Source: Fibrobacteria bacterium (lineage in GTDB: Bacteria > Fibrobacterota > Fibrobacteria > UBA11236 > JADFYW01). Taken from it: DNA of 64,000 nucleotides. The stretch is from positions 13,462 through 77,461 of the forward strand of contig JBNKOC010000022.1 in the NCBI GenBank assembly GCA_050294405.1, in the 5' to 3' direction. The position numbers and the translations under genes were made by a program. Under the pieces are notes generated by a model. That model saw only the letters and a program-made list of their open reading frames with translations, did not search any database and was not told the DNA's origin. Of this stretch, positions 9,760 through 19,313 are shown one piece after another. How positions within the stretch are numbered: the first letter of the stretch is position 1; each line of letters begins with the position of its first letter.

Positions 9760-11778
9760 ATGATTGCCAGTTTAAAAGCAAAAATCCTTTTCCCCAATGT
9801 TCCCGAACCTCTTTGGTATGACGTTCCCGAAGAATTTGGTAAAATTAGTGTGGGCGCTTTGGTGGAAGCTCCTGTCTTAAGCCGGGCAAAACTGGGGATT
9901 TTAATTGAATTATCCAATGAGACCTTTAATTTTAACCTAAAACCACTCCTCTCCAATTTAGAGGGGCAATTTAAGGCGCATCAACAGTGGATTTCCCTTT
10001 TGGAATGGATTTCTCAATATTACCACTGCGCCCTTTCCCGGGTTTTGTTTGCAGCCTTTCCCAAAGAAATCCAAAAGCTAGTGGTCAATCCCAAAACCCC
10101 AAAAGAGACTTCAGACCCAAAAGAAAAACCAGAGCCTCTGGCCCTTGAAACTCCAAACCCCGAACAAAAAAAAGCCATTGCCTCTATTAAAGAATGCTTA
10201 AAGCAAAATCCAGCAAAATTTCAATCGTTTTTATTGCACGGAATAACTGGAAGCGGAAAGACCCTGATTTATCTAAAGTCAGCACAAAGCTGCCTTAATA
10301 AAAACAGATGTGTGTTGTTTTTATTGCCGGAAATTGCTCTCACAGTCCAACTTATAGACAGAATTCAAACCCATTTGGATAAACCTGTTTATACCTATCA
10401 CAGCAACATGAGCGCTAAAGAGAAAAAGAATTTTTGGTTTGCCCTGCGGAGTAAAAAAACAGCTGTGTTTGTGGGTGTGCGTAGCATGATATTGCTTCCC
10501 TTTACTAACATAGGACTAATCATTGTGGATGAGGAACACGACGGCAGCTATAAGCAAACGGATAGTTTTCCCCGTTATAATGCAAGGGATGTTGCTCTCT
10601 ATCGTGCCAGGCAATCCGGGGCCTGCTCCATATTGGGAAGCGCCACACCTTCTCTGGAATCCTATTATTTAGCCCAAAAGCACAAACACCAACTACTTGT
10701 CTTAAGTAAACGTGCCACCAATTCCAAGTTGCCAGAAATTAAACTCATAAACATGCGGGAGCAAATGGAATTGCAGGGAGAAAGCCCCCTTTCTATTCCC
10801 CTAAGAGAAGCTTTGGCCGAGTGTATGGAAAATAAAGAGCAGGCCATTTTGTTGCTAAACAGAAGAGGCTTGGCCAAAAAAAGGCTATGCAAAAGCTGTG
10901 GACATATTCAAATCTGTAAAAACTGCATCAACCCGCTTATTCCCCATAAACAACATCAAAGACTATTATGCCATTGCTGTGGCTATTCCTTGCCCTTAAA
11001 CTCCAAGTGTATTTCCTGCGGTTCTGGCAATGTGGCGAATGTGGGGGTAGCCATCGAAAAGTTTGAAGAGCAGTTAACCCTGTTGTTTCCAACGGCAAAT
11101 ATATTGAGACTGGATAGAGATAGTGTTTCCAGAGTAGGGGCGGCGGAAAAAATTCTGAGTCAATTTCGAAATGGAGATGCTGATATATTACTGGGCACCC
11201 AAATGGTAGCCAAAGGCCATGATTTTCCCATGGTAAATTTGGTAGGTGTTATCGACGTGGACTCGGGTTTAGGTATTCCTGACTTCAGAGCGCAGGAAAA
11301 GATTTTTCAATTGGTGACTCAAGTTTCTGGAAGAGCCGGGAGGCACTCCCATCGCGGCCAGGTTTTTTTACAGACTTATAACCCCGAAAACCCCGTTTTG
11401 CAATTCGCACTTAATCAGGATTTTGAAGAGTTTTATAAATCCGAAATAAAAATGAGAGAAGAGCTATTTTACCCTCCTTGGAGCCGGATTTTTAAGGTGG
11501 AGTTTAGCGGGAAAAAACCACAGCAGGTAAAAGAAGCTATTCAAATTTTTGGAAACCATCTTAAAGCTGCCGCTAAAACCTTCCCATTGCAGATAATGGG
11601 GCCAGGTGAAGCAGTATTCGCAAGACAAAAGGACATGTACCGCTGGCAAATTTTTGGCAAAGCCAGGCAATTTTCCCAAATAAAGCAAGTTTTGGAAGTT
11701 ACCATGAAAAATGTACAGGGTAAAATCCCCAAGACCGTCCATCACAGCGTGGATATGGACCCAATCCATCTCTTATAG
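9760..11778 (+). CDS. priA: Primosomal protein N' (helicase)
   Basis: GITGSGKT, LPEIAL, DEEH, SATPS, Zn-finger CxxC pairs, GTQMVAKGHDFP, QVSGRAGR. Confidence 0.97.
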   Translation: MIASLKAKILFPNVPEPLWYDVPEEFGKISVGALVEAPVLSRAKLGILIELSNETFNFNLKPLLSNLEGQFKAHQQWISLLEWISQYYHCALSRVLFAAFPKEIQKLVVNPKTPKETSDPKEKPEPLALETPNPEQKKAIASIKECLKQNPAKFQSFLLHGITGSGKTLIYLKSAQSCLNKNRCVLFLLPEIALTVQLIDRIQTHLDKPVYTYHSNMSAKEKKNFWFALRSKKTAVFVGVRSMILLPFTNIGLIIVDEEHDGSYKQTDSFPRYNARDVALYRARQSGACSILGSATPSLESYYLAQKHKHQLLVLSKRATNSKLPEIKLINMREQMELQGESPLSIPLREALAECMENKEQAILLLNRRGLAKKRLCKSCGHIQICKNCINPLIPHKQHQRLLCHCCGYSLPLNSKCISCGSGNVANVGVAIEKFEEQLTLLFPTANILRLDRDSVSRVGAAEKILSQFRNGDADILLGTQMVAKGHDFPMVNLVGVIDVDSGLGIPDFRAQEKIFQLVTQVSGRAGRHSHRGQVFLQTYNPENPVLQFALNQDFEEFYKSEIKMREELFYPPWSRIFKVEFSGKKPQQVKEAIQIFGNHLKAAAKTFPLQIMGPGEAVFARQKDMYRWQIFGKARQFSQIKQVLEVTMKNVQGKIPKTVHHSVDMDPIHLL

Positions 11779-11892
11779 AGTACAGGCTTTCCTTTTTATG
11801 ATTTACCTCTTGCCAGCTAAAGGTTCTAGCTGAAATTCTATCCATTTGATGATAAAATGGGATTTTAGGAAGACTCACTAAAGAATAATCTT

Positions 11893-14661
11893 TTGGGGCT
11901 TTTAACTTATATGCAATCACTTTTGGTATCCAAATCCTTTTTGCTCTTTTCCCTTCTATTCTGTTTGATGTATGCAGTTATAGTTGGGGATAATATTTCC
12001 GAAACCCTGCTTCTTACTTTTTACAGCACCGACCAATTATCCTTGATGTTTATCATTAATGCTTTGGGATTAATGTGTATCAGTTTGATTGTAATGGGAA
12101 AAATTGACAACATTCCCAGGCTGACATTGTATTCCATTTTGGTGGGCATTCAATGCGTGGTATTAACAGCTATCTGGGCATGCATTCTTTTGAATTTTCA
12201 GCCGGCATTTTTATTTCTTTTCAGTTTTGCCTATATCAGCAAAATCCTATTGTTTTTGGTTTTCTGGACTGTGGCCAATGATTTATGCGACTCCCGGGAA
12301 GCCAAATCCGTTTTTCCCATTGTGGGTGGTGGTGGAGTATTGGGAGGCACTATTGCCTGCTTTTCCACCGCTTTTTTGGTGAAGCTGGTGGGCCCTGGTA
12401 ACATGTTGTTTTTGTGGATAGTGCTTTTATTGCTTTCCGCTGGAATTTTGCTGCGTTTAAATAAAGTTTTTAAAAAAGAGCTGTCCTTTGTAAAAAAAGG
12501 CTCTCATAAGCAAACCCCTTTTCTAAAAGACCTTCAACAAAATTTCAATCTGGTGTCCAAGGAGCCCTTGCTGCGCTCCATGTCCGTGCTCTATTTTTTA
12601 ATTTTCTTTCTTTTAATCAGCCTTGATTTTCATTTTTTCACAAGCTTAAAATCGGGACTCACCGAAATGCTTGTACTTTCCGGCCAGGAACGCGCTATTG
12701 AACTTGTTCCGGGTTCTCCGGAGTTCAGGGCCGAACTATCCAAGGAGCTTTCCTCCTTTTTAGGCCTGTTCCGGGGCCTATCCAACACGGTTACCTTTTT
12801 AATTCAATTGTCCATTACGGGAATCATATTGAGAACATTGGGAACGGCCCGTTCCATGTTTACTCTTCCCTTTGTTTTCACATTTATTTTCCTGGTTTGC
12901 TTTTTAGAAGCCAAGTTTCAAATTTTCCCTCCTCACATACACAATCTCCCAGCGCCTTTTAACAACACTATGTTTCTAATAATCATGACCGGAACAGCTC
13001 TTAGAATCGCCTTATTTGACTCCTTGTTTTCTCCAAACTTTCAAATATTTTTCAGTTCCTTACCAACTAATATTCGCGGGCGCGGGAAAATGTTTATTGA
13101 AGGAATCGCGAAACCCCTGGCTATTATGTTAGCTGGCGGGTCTGTTTTATGGGTGGGCTTTTTTCTCTTAAAAAAAGCGCCGGAATTGGTATGGATTCAT
13201 TATTTAGCCCTGTTTGTAACGGGCCTAGCCCTTTGTTTTATTGTAATCAGGCTGCAAAAGGGATATACCGACAGCATTTCCAAATCCCTTGGTGGCGATA
13301 AGGCGGAGCAAATAGCCAGTGTGTTAAACGTGGATGACTGGAAAGCCAAAGATAACATTATTGAACTTTTAGTAACCCAATTGTTTGATCCGGAAGAAGA
13401 TTTGCAATTGCTCTCCATTGAGATTTTATCCCAGTTAGATACCCCAAGAGCCACTAAGCGATTAGAAAAAGTACTGCACCTCAAATCCTACTCGAAACGG
13501 GCCGATGTTATTCGGGCCCTTGGGCGCAACCGAAGGCTCCATTGGTTGTCTCTGGAACTGGAAAGTTTATTATGGGACGAGGATCCAAACCTTGTGGAAG
13601 CATGTATAGAAGCCACTATTTCCATGCCTTACAATGAGCGGGAAACCCTTATAATGCCTTATATTCAGCACGAAAACCTTATTTATTCCCTTTCTGCCAT
13701 TAAAGTAATGTGGAAAGAAGGAAACGATTTAATTAAAACCACTATTAAAGAAAGATTAAACCATATTTTACAAAAAGCCAATGTTAAAGAGTTGGAAAAA
13801 TTAATGGAGTGCGTTTCCGAACTTGAAGATTTGAGATTAGTGGAATTTATGGAGAAGGCTCATGAAAAAATTCTGGAATCAAAACCGGGCCTGGCCCATC
13901 TTGAAAAATATTTGCTTTGTGCCTCCAAAATCCCCTCCGCGGAATATTTAGCTAAAATCTTTTCAAACCACGAAATAAAAAGCGATTTGGTTAAAAAGAG
14001 GCTTATAGACAACATGAGCTCCCAATTTGATATAGTTGAGCAAAACGTGGAAAAGTGGTGCAGCCAATTTGATTCGTTGCAAATGCAAAACTTGCTGGAA
14101 TTTTTATTTAGGCAACGCCATCGTCCCTCTAAATCTCTTCAAAAAATATTTAAAATAAAACTCAGTGACTCCATAAAACAAGCCTACCAAACAGCCTGTA
14201 AAATTTCCGCCCTTTCCAAACAGAATGATTCAAAATCAAAACTGCTTATGCATTCCCTGCAGGAAGGCCCCTATTTAAATATCCTTACTAACATATCAAG
14301 GCTTATTGCCATGGTGGAGACATCAGGGCGTCTTTATTACGTAATCCCACGCCTTTTTTCAACAGACAAATTCCATAAAACCACTGCTATCGAAGCCATT
14401 GAAACTTTATTGCCCCGGGATTTACATGAAAAAATCACTCCCCTATTCCTGGAAAACGATTTTGACAAACTCGTTAAAAAAGCAGGTAGCCTTGGCTGGA
14501 GCGAGCCGGAAAGCCCGGAACAGATTGCAGATTTTTACGCACATCAAAAATTGTTCCACTGGGCCCAAATTTGCGGAATTTATTATCAAATTATCAAAAA
14601 CCCCAAAGAAAACAGGGAAATTCAGCTGAAAGAATTGCATAATTTACTCACAGCCCATTAG
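11893..14661 (+). CDS. NTT/TLC (ATP/ADP translocase-like MFS) transporter fused to HEAT repeats
   Basis: About 12 hydrophobic segments, FWTVANDLCDSREAKSVFP and RGRGKMFIEG NTT-like motifs, helical HEAT-like C-terminal half. Start may be the ATG at 11911. Confidence 0.78.
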   Translation: MGLLTYMQSLLVSKSFLLFSLLFCLMYAVIVGDNISETLLLTFYSTDQLSLMFIINALGLMCISLIVMGKIDNIPRLTLYSILVGIQCVVLTAIWACILLNFQPAFLFLFSFAYISKILLFLVFWTVANDLCDSREAKSVFPIVGGGGVLGGTIACFSTAFLVKLVGPGNMLFLWIVLLLLSAGILLRLNKVFKKELSFVKKGSHKQTPFLKDLQQNFNLVSKEPLLRSMSVLYFLIFFLLISLDFHFFTSLKSGLTEMLVLSGQERAIELVPGSPEFRAELSKELSSFLGLFRGLSNTVTFLIQLSITGIILRTLGTARSMFTLPFVFTFIFLVCFLEAKFQIFPPHIHNLPAPFNNTMFLIIMTGTALRIALFDSLFSPNFQIFFSSLPTNIRGRGKMFIEGIAKPLAIMLAGGSVLWVGFFLLKKAPELVWIHYLALFVTGLALCFIVIRLQKGYTDSISKSLGGDKAEQIASVLNVDDWKAKDNIIELLVTQLFDPEEDLQLLSIEILSQLDTPRATKRLEKVLHLKSYSKRADVIRALGRNRRLHWLSLELESLLWDEDPNLVEACIEATISMPYNERETLIMPYIQHENLIYSLSAIKVMWKEGNDLIKTTIKERLNHILQKANVKELEKLMECVSELEDLRLVEFMEKAHEKILESKPGLAHLEKYLLCASKIPSAEYLAKIFSNHEIKSDLVKKRLIDNMSSQFDIVEQNVEKWCSQFDSLQMQNLLEFLFRQRHRPSKSLQKIFKIKLSDSIKQAYQTACKISALSKQNDSKSKLLMHSLQEGPYLNILTNISRLIAMVETSGRLYYVIPRLFSTDKFHKTTAIEAIETLLPRDLHEKITPLFLENDFDKLVKKAGSLGWSEPESPEQIADFYAHQKLFHWAQICGIYYQIIKNPKENREIQLKELHNLLTAH

Positions 14662-14680
14662 GGTTATTTGAGCTGAAAAT

Positions 14681-15166
14681 ATGGCAGAAACCAAAGATCC
14701 ATTGTCACTCCTGCAGGATGTTATTTTCCTGAAAAACAACCCCATCTTTAGTGAGGTGAAAACAGAGGAGCTCAAGGCGGTGGCAGCCATTGCCCAAGAC
14801 AATATTTTTCCCAAAAACACGAAAATTGTAACAGAGGGAGACCCGGGAGATTCTTTATTTTTAGTAAAAAAAGGTATCATAAAAATCACCAAAACCATAG
14901 CCAGTCAGGAAGTTACTCTAGCTTCCCTGCCGGAAACATCTTGTTTTGGTGAAATGGTCATCTTTGAAGATCAACCCCGTTCTGCCAGCGCTTACGCTGA
15001 AGAAGATTGCTTATTAATGGTAATTGAAAAAGAAGAGCTACTGGAAGTTATCCGCCAATATCCGGGAATCGCCATCCAACTCTTTAAAGTTTTAGGAGGG
15101 CGGCTAAGGGATGCCAATGAAAAGGTAAAAGATCTCAGCACTAAAATAAAGGAAATGGAAAAGTGA
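14681..15166 (+). CDS. Stand-alone cyclic-nucleotide-binding domain protein
   Basis: EGDPGDSLFLV..G, FGEM, PRSASA phosphate-binding cassette; no HTH. Confidence 0.9.
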   Translation: MAETKDPLSLLQDVIFLKNNPIFSEVKTEELKAVAAIAQDNIFPKNTKIVTEGDPGDSLFLVKKGIIKITKTIASQEVTLASLPETSCFGEMVIFEDQPRSASAYAEEDCLLMVIEKEELLEVIRQYPGIAIQLFKVLGGRLRDANEKVKDLSTKIKEMEK

Positions 15167-16692
15167 GCGGTTCTGTTTTCAAATACCTTTTGCTGGGATG
15201 TTTATGCTTCTTTTATATGAATTGCGCCTCCCCAAAAAAGATGAAAGTTTTCATTAAAATGATGCCTGCCCAGGAGGAGCATTTTAAGGAAAGAGTTATC
15301 CCTAAGTTTGAAAAAGAAAATAATGTGAAAGTGGAGGTCGAAAGTTTAGACAATATTGCAGATCTTCCCAAAGCCATTAAAGAAGCAGATGCCACTGGAG
15401 GAGTCCATCTTGTAAAGGTTCCCTTTGAAATGACAAGGGTATTAACAGGCCAGGATTTAATTATGCCGCTGGACTCCATTGTTTCCCCCCAGGAAATCAA
15501 CCAGCTTAAAGCAGAATATTTTTTAATGGATTTAGTGCGCATCAATAAGATGTACTATTACTTTCCCAGAAAATTTGAAACCAGGATGTTATTATACCTA
15601 AAGTCCCATGTTAGAGAAGCTGTACAAAACTGGGATGTATATAGAAATGACATCATCAATGTGCTAAAAAAACATAATGGCTATGGCCTGCCTGCGGATT
15701 ACCTTTTAGAAAGCAATCCTGGCGAGTGGGATTACTTTGATATTTTCGTGGTGGGGTATTATTGGAAATCCAGAGAGATTGGCGGGAAGAAAACGCCTCG
15801 AATCGCCCATAGGGGAAAGCGTTATTCCGGGACCTCTTTAAGAATCATGGACAGAGCCTATCAAATGGGTGGAAGCCCCGATGATATTTTAAAGGGAGAC
15901 GGAGATCCGGTTGTAGACGCCTTTGTTTGGGAAGCCCTGTATGCCAGGGAAAATATATACAATTCCAGAATGTATCAGGAAGAATGGTCTGGTTCGGATA
16001 TTTGGAAAGGCTTTCAATCAGGCGATGTTTTTTTATCCTTCATGACCCAGATTGACGCTTTTTTTGTGCACGGAGCCGGTACAGATGCCATGCCTGGGTT
16101 TTTGGAAAACCCTGAAGATATGGGCGTAGCCGTCATGCCTAAGGGAGTTTCTCTGGCCCTCAATTCAGAGGGCGTTCCTCAAAGAGAAGGTAATCGGGGG
16201 ATAACAACTGGTGGATGGTGGTGGGGAATTCCGAAAAACACCCCAAATAAAGAGTTATCCTTTAAACTGGCCCATTACATTACCAATACCGAGAACCAAA
16301 TTGAAGGCTGTTCAGGTTTTGGGATGGTTCCCGTTAGACAGGATATGTTATCCGAATTGGGGCTTATGTTCGGCGGTGGATGGATATCCGATGTATTTCA
16401 CGTAGCTTCTCAGCAATTGGTGGAAAACAGGTTTACTGTTATCCCCCTTATAGACGAATACAGCGACTTAGGTGAAGTATATCTGGATGCTTTTTTTGAT
16501 ATCGTGGCTGAAGGAAACATTGGCGAGGGAGAGGCCATAAATAACGAAAAAATAAAAAGAGTTCTGGCAAAAAAATATGTCCCCAAATTTAAAGCCGTTT
16601 TAAAGAAAAAATACCCAGGGGAAAAAGAATCTACAAAAACCCAAACGCAAATGAATGAAGGGTTTCAGCCGCTCAACGAAAATTTAGAATAG
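15163..16692 (+). CDS. Extracellular solute-binding lipoprotein (sugar-type ABC SBP family)
   Basis: Lipobox-like YMNC, FEKENNVKVEVE, GVAVMPKG, GGWWWGIPK; GTG start overlaps the upstream stop. Confidence 0.78.
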   Translation: MSGSVFKYLLLGCLCFFYMNCASPKKMKVFIKMMPAQEEHFKERVIPKFEKENNVKVEVESLDNIADLPKAIKEADATGGVHLVKVPFEMTRVLTGQDLIMPLDSIVSPQEINQLKAEYFLMDLVRINKMYYYFPRKFETRMLLYLKSHVREAVQNWDVYRNDIINVLKKHNGYGLPADYLLESNPGEWDYFDIFVVGYYWKSREIGGKKTPRIAHRGKRYSGTSLRIMDRAYQMGGSPDDILKGDGDPVVDAFVWEALYARENIYNSRMYQEEWSGSDIWKGFQSGDVFLSFMTQIDAFFVHGAGTDAMPGFLENPEDMGVAVMPKGVSLALNSEGVPQREGNRGITTGGWWWGIPKNTPNKELSFKLAHYITNTENQIEGCSGFGMVPVRQDMLSELGLMFGGGWISDVFHVASQQLVENRFTVIPLIDEYSDLGEVYLDAFFDIVAEGNIGEGEAINNEKIKRVLAKKYVPKFKAVLKKKYPGEKESTKTQTQMNEGFQPLNENLE

Positions 16693-16764
16693 CGCCCTGA
16701 TTTTGGGTGTGAAATTGTTTTTGGTAAACTACCTTTTCTAAAGGTTTTAACAATTGGAAATTTT

Positions 16765-17211
16765 ATGGATAAACTAGACGAACTCGTAAATATGCAGTCC
16801 AAATTAAACGATAATATTTTTGCTAAAAAAGATATTCGTGACAGAGATGGAAACATCTTAACTGTCAAAAAATTACAGGAAGAAGCCAACAAAGAAAATA
16901 TCGGCCCAAACACAGAAGTCAATGAATGGCTTAGAAAATACCTGGACGCCCTGGATGATGAAAGCCGGGAGTTGCGCGAAGAACTGCTGTGGAAGTGGTG
17001 GTCAAAAGACCATTTGAATATGCAAAACATCAAGGTTGAAATTATCGACCAATTGCATTTTTGGCTGAGCCTTGCGTTGACTGCCGGTTTGGATAGCCAA
17101 AAAATTTACGATATATACATGCAGAAAAATGAGATAAATTTTAAGCGCCAGGAAAGCGGCTATTCCAAAAACACTAAAACAGAATCAGACAACCAGGGAA
17201 TAAAAGTTTAA
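16765..17211 (+). CDS. Dimeric (all-alpha) dUTPase family
   Basis: MQSKLN, E..EL.E..LWKWW, VEIIDQLHF, Y..KN..N..RQ..GY motifs. Confidence 0.88.
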   Translation: MDKLDELVNMQSKLNDNIFAKKDIRDRDGNILTVKKLQEEANKENIGPNTEVNEWLRKYLDALDDESRELREELLWKWWSKDHLNMQNIKVEIIDQLHFWLSLALTAGLDSQKIYDIYMQKNEINFKRQESGYSKNTKTESDNQGIKV

Positions 17212-17232
17212 TACCCCTTCGCGCACTGGTTG

Positions 17233-18201
17233 TTATCGGCAATCAGTGCTATCAATATCATCCCACAACCAAATCCCTAAATTAGATTCCTCATTGGAAT
17301 CAACCTTTTCATAAACATGCCCTGTCTCCGAAGCTTCTCTAACTCGGCAATTGGTAGTTATATCAAAATATGGAGTTTCAACACTGTCTTCAAGTGAAGT
17401 TGTCCCTTCATTTAATAACTTGGTAGAACTGGAAATAAAAAACTCAATGCTGTTAATTTGAATATCTGCGGGACCAAAATTAAAAACCCCTTCTGAATTC
17501 GTATAACGCAATTGACTGCTCCCCCGAATGAAAACACCCAGTGAGTCAAACTCAAATTCCGAGGCCCGATTTACTTTTCCCATGGCCTCAGTTTCCACAG
17601 CTTGCAATATGAGCCTTTGAAATTGCACCTGGCCGGATTTTAGTTCCATGGGAAGTAAGTAAAGAACATCATTAACAGTTGAAACCCTAAAACCTTCCAA
17701 ATTAACGGGTACACTGGGCAAATAAGGCACAAGGGCAACGCCAAGGCTATCTGTTTTATATTCAGAATTCAAATCAGATAAATCTTGGCTGGAGGGATCG
17801 AAGTTAACATCTATTAACCGAAACTTAAATTCTGGTACGGGGAATCCATTAACATCGAAAACTGCGAATATTACTCCCGAATCCAAAGAATAGTTTTTTA
17901 CTGAAGTTAGGGTATCTCCTGCGTCATTGGTAAAAGTCGTATTGCCTTTCTCAATTTCCGGCCTGGTGTTTCCGCCATCCGCATTTTCTTCCCAGCTATA
18001 GATTCTCGTTCCCCCGGCATCGCTGCCTGCAACAAACACCACAGCGCTATCCCAAACGCTTCCCGATTCTATGCTGTTTAATTCATAGACAGGACCTGGG
18101 TCTTCTCTTCCGTTGTCGGTATCCGTGGATCCCCCAAAATTGCAGGAGAGCAGGCAGCAGCCCATTAACATAATAGCTGTTATCCATGAGAATTTAGCCA
18201 T
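17233..18201 (-). CDS. Hypothetical lipoprotein
   Basis: Lipobox LLSC followed by GGSTDTDNG; overlaps the stop of the TIGR02147 gene. Confidence 0.7.
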   Translation of the reverse strand: MAKFSWITAIMLMGCCLLSCNFGGSTDTDNGREDPGPVYELNSIESGSVWDSAVVFVAGSDAGGTRIYSWEENADGGNTRPEIEKGNTTFTNDAGDTLTSVKNYSLDSGVIFAVFDVNGFPVPEFKFRLIDVNFDPSSQDLSDLNSEYKTDSLGVALVPYLPSVPVNLEGFRVSTVNDVLYLLPMELKSGQVQFQRLILQAVETEAMGKVNRASEFEFDSLGVFIRGSSQLRYTNSEGVFNFGPADIQINSIEFFISSSTKLLNEGTTSLEDSVETPYFDITTNCRVREASETGHVYEKVDSNEESNLGIWLWDDIDSTDCR

Positions 18202-19036
18202 GTTTCTTTTTCCCTTTTTTTGGTTTACTCAGGGGGAAAAGTTGAAAATTCAAATGGTAAGCCGAGTCCGGGTTAGGGTCCTGAGCCACTTTTTCAGCAA
18301 TTTTTTTTCTAAACTCTCTGATTTCATGAATTATTTCTTGGTAGCTTTTTCGTGATAAATTCATGCTAAGGGAGCTAAAATACCTGTCTTCTTTTTTATA
18401 ACGAGTGATACTTTCCAGCGCCAGTTTGCCCATTTCCAAATGGAACTTAGGGACCAGGTAAGATTGAATGTCTGGGCCTGTTGAAATGGAATGAGAAGTT
18501 TGGATGTAATCTCCATCTAATTTTTTTTCAATTAATTTTAATTCTTCCAACAATGTAAGAGCTTTTAACACCTTCGACTTTGAAATGGGAGGCGAAACCT
18601 CTTTTCCCAATTCTTCGGGATTGTTTTTGTAGTTGAAATAGCCCAATATCTCCCGCAGGGCGATGTTATACCAATTTTGATAGTATTGAAGCTGGGATTT
18701 AGACAATTGGTGCTGGTTGTAGGGGGTTTTGAGATTCATTAACATCTCAAAATATTTATCCTTTTCATCAAGGCTTTTCGCCTGATTAAAAAACACCAAA
18801 TGTTCAAAATAAACCTTTTCAGATTCACTTAATCCCAGGGCAAAGGCAAACTTTTCAATACTGCTCTGGGTTAAGCTATGAACACCCTCCATAACCTTTT
18901 TCAGGTAATTAGGGCCTGACATCCCCGCCTTTTGGAGAAAATAGCGATGAGAAAAACCCCTAATATTTTTTTTTGCCCAATCGTAATAATCCCTGAGGAA
19001 CTGACGGTAATTGGTATATTCAAATATGGATTTCAA
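18194..19036 (-). CDS. TIGR02147 (Fibrobacter paralogous) family protein with N-terminal HTH
   Basis: IFEYTNYRQFLRDYY...FSHRYF..KAG..GPNYL, YFEHLVFFNQAK, WY..ALRE, YHLNFQLFPL. Confidence 0.9.
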   Translation of the reverse strand: MKSIFEYTNYRQFLRDYYDWAKKNIRGFSHRYFLQKAGMSGPNYLKKVMEGVHSLTQSSIEKFAFALGLSESEKVYFEHLVFFNQAKSLDEKDKYFEMLMNLKTPYNQHQLSKSQLQYYQNWYNIALREILGYFNYKNNPEELGKEVSPPISKSKVLKALTLLEELKLIEKKLDGDYIQTSHSISTGPDIQSYLVPKFHLEMGKLALESITRYKKEDRYFSSLSMNLSRKSYQEIIHEIREFRKKIAEKVAQDPNPDSAYHLNFQLFPLSKPKKGKKKHG

Positions 19037-19313
19037 AAATCTAAATCTCCCGTTTTATTCCTCGGAAATTCCGTTGTGTATTTAATAATGAGATATTAAA
19101 GATAAAACTCATATTTATTTAATATACCCTATTTTAGGCAATTTTAGTAGTGTATTTTAAAATTAGGTCTAGAAAAGATTGTCTTTTTAAGAGGAAAATA
19201 TAAATCAATTTCAACAACCCAAAATCTGGGGATTCTGGAAGGGAAAAGGCCAAAAAAATGCCAAAAAACCAAAAAATTGAAAGCGTTTATAAGCTATATT
19301 TTTCCAATATCAC

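Noticed and set aside
16765..17211. Dimeric dUTPase as a prophage marker
   Set aside because: No integrase, structural or replication phage genes nearby; the family is also chromosomal in many bacteria.
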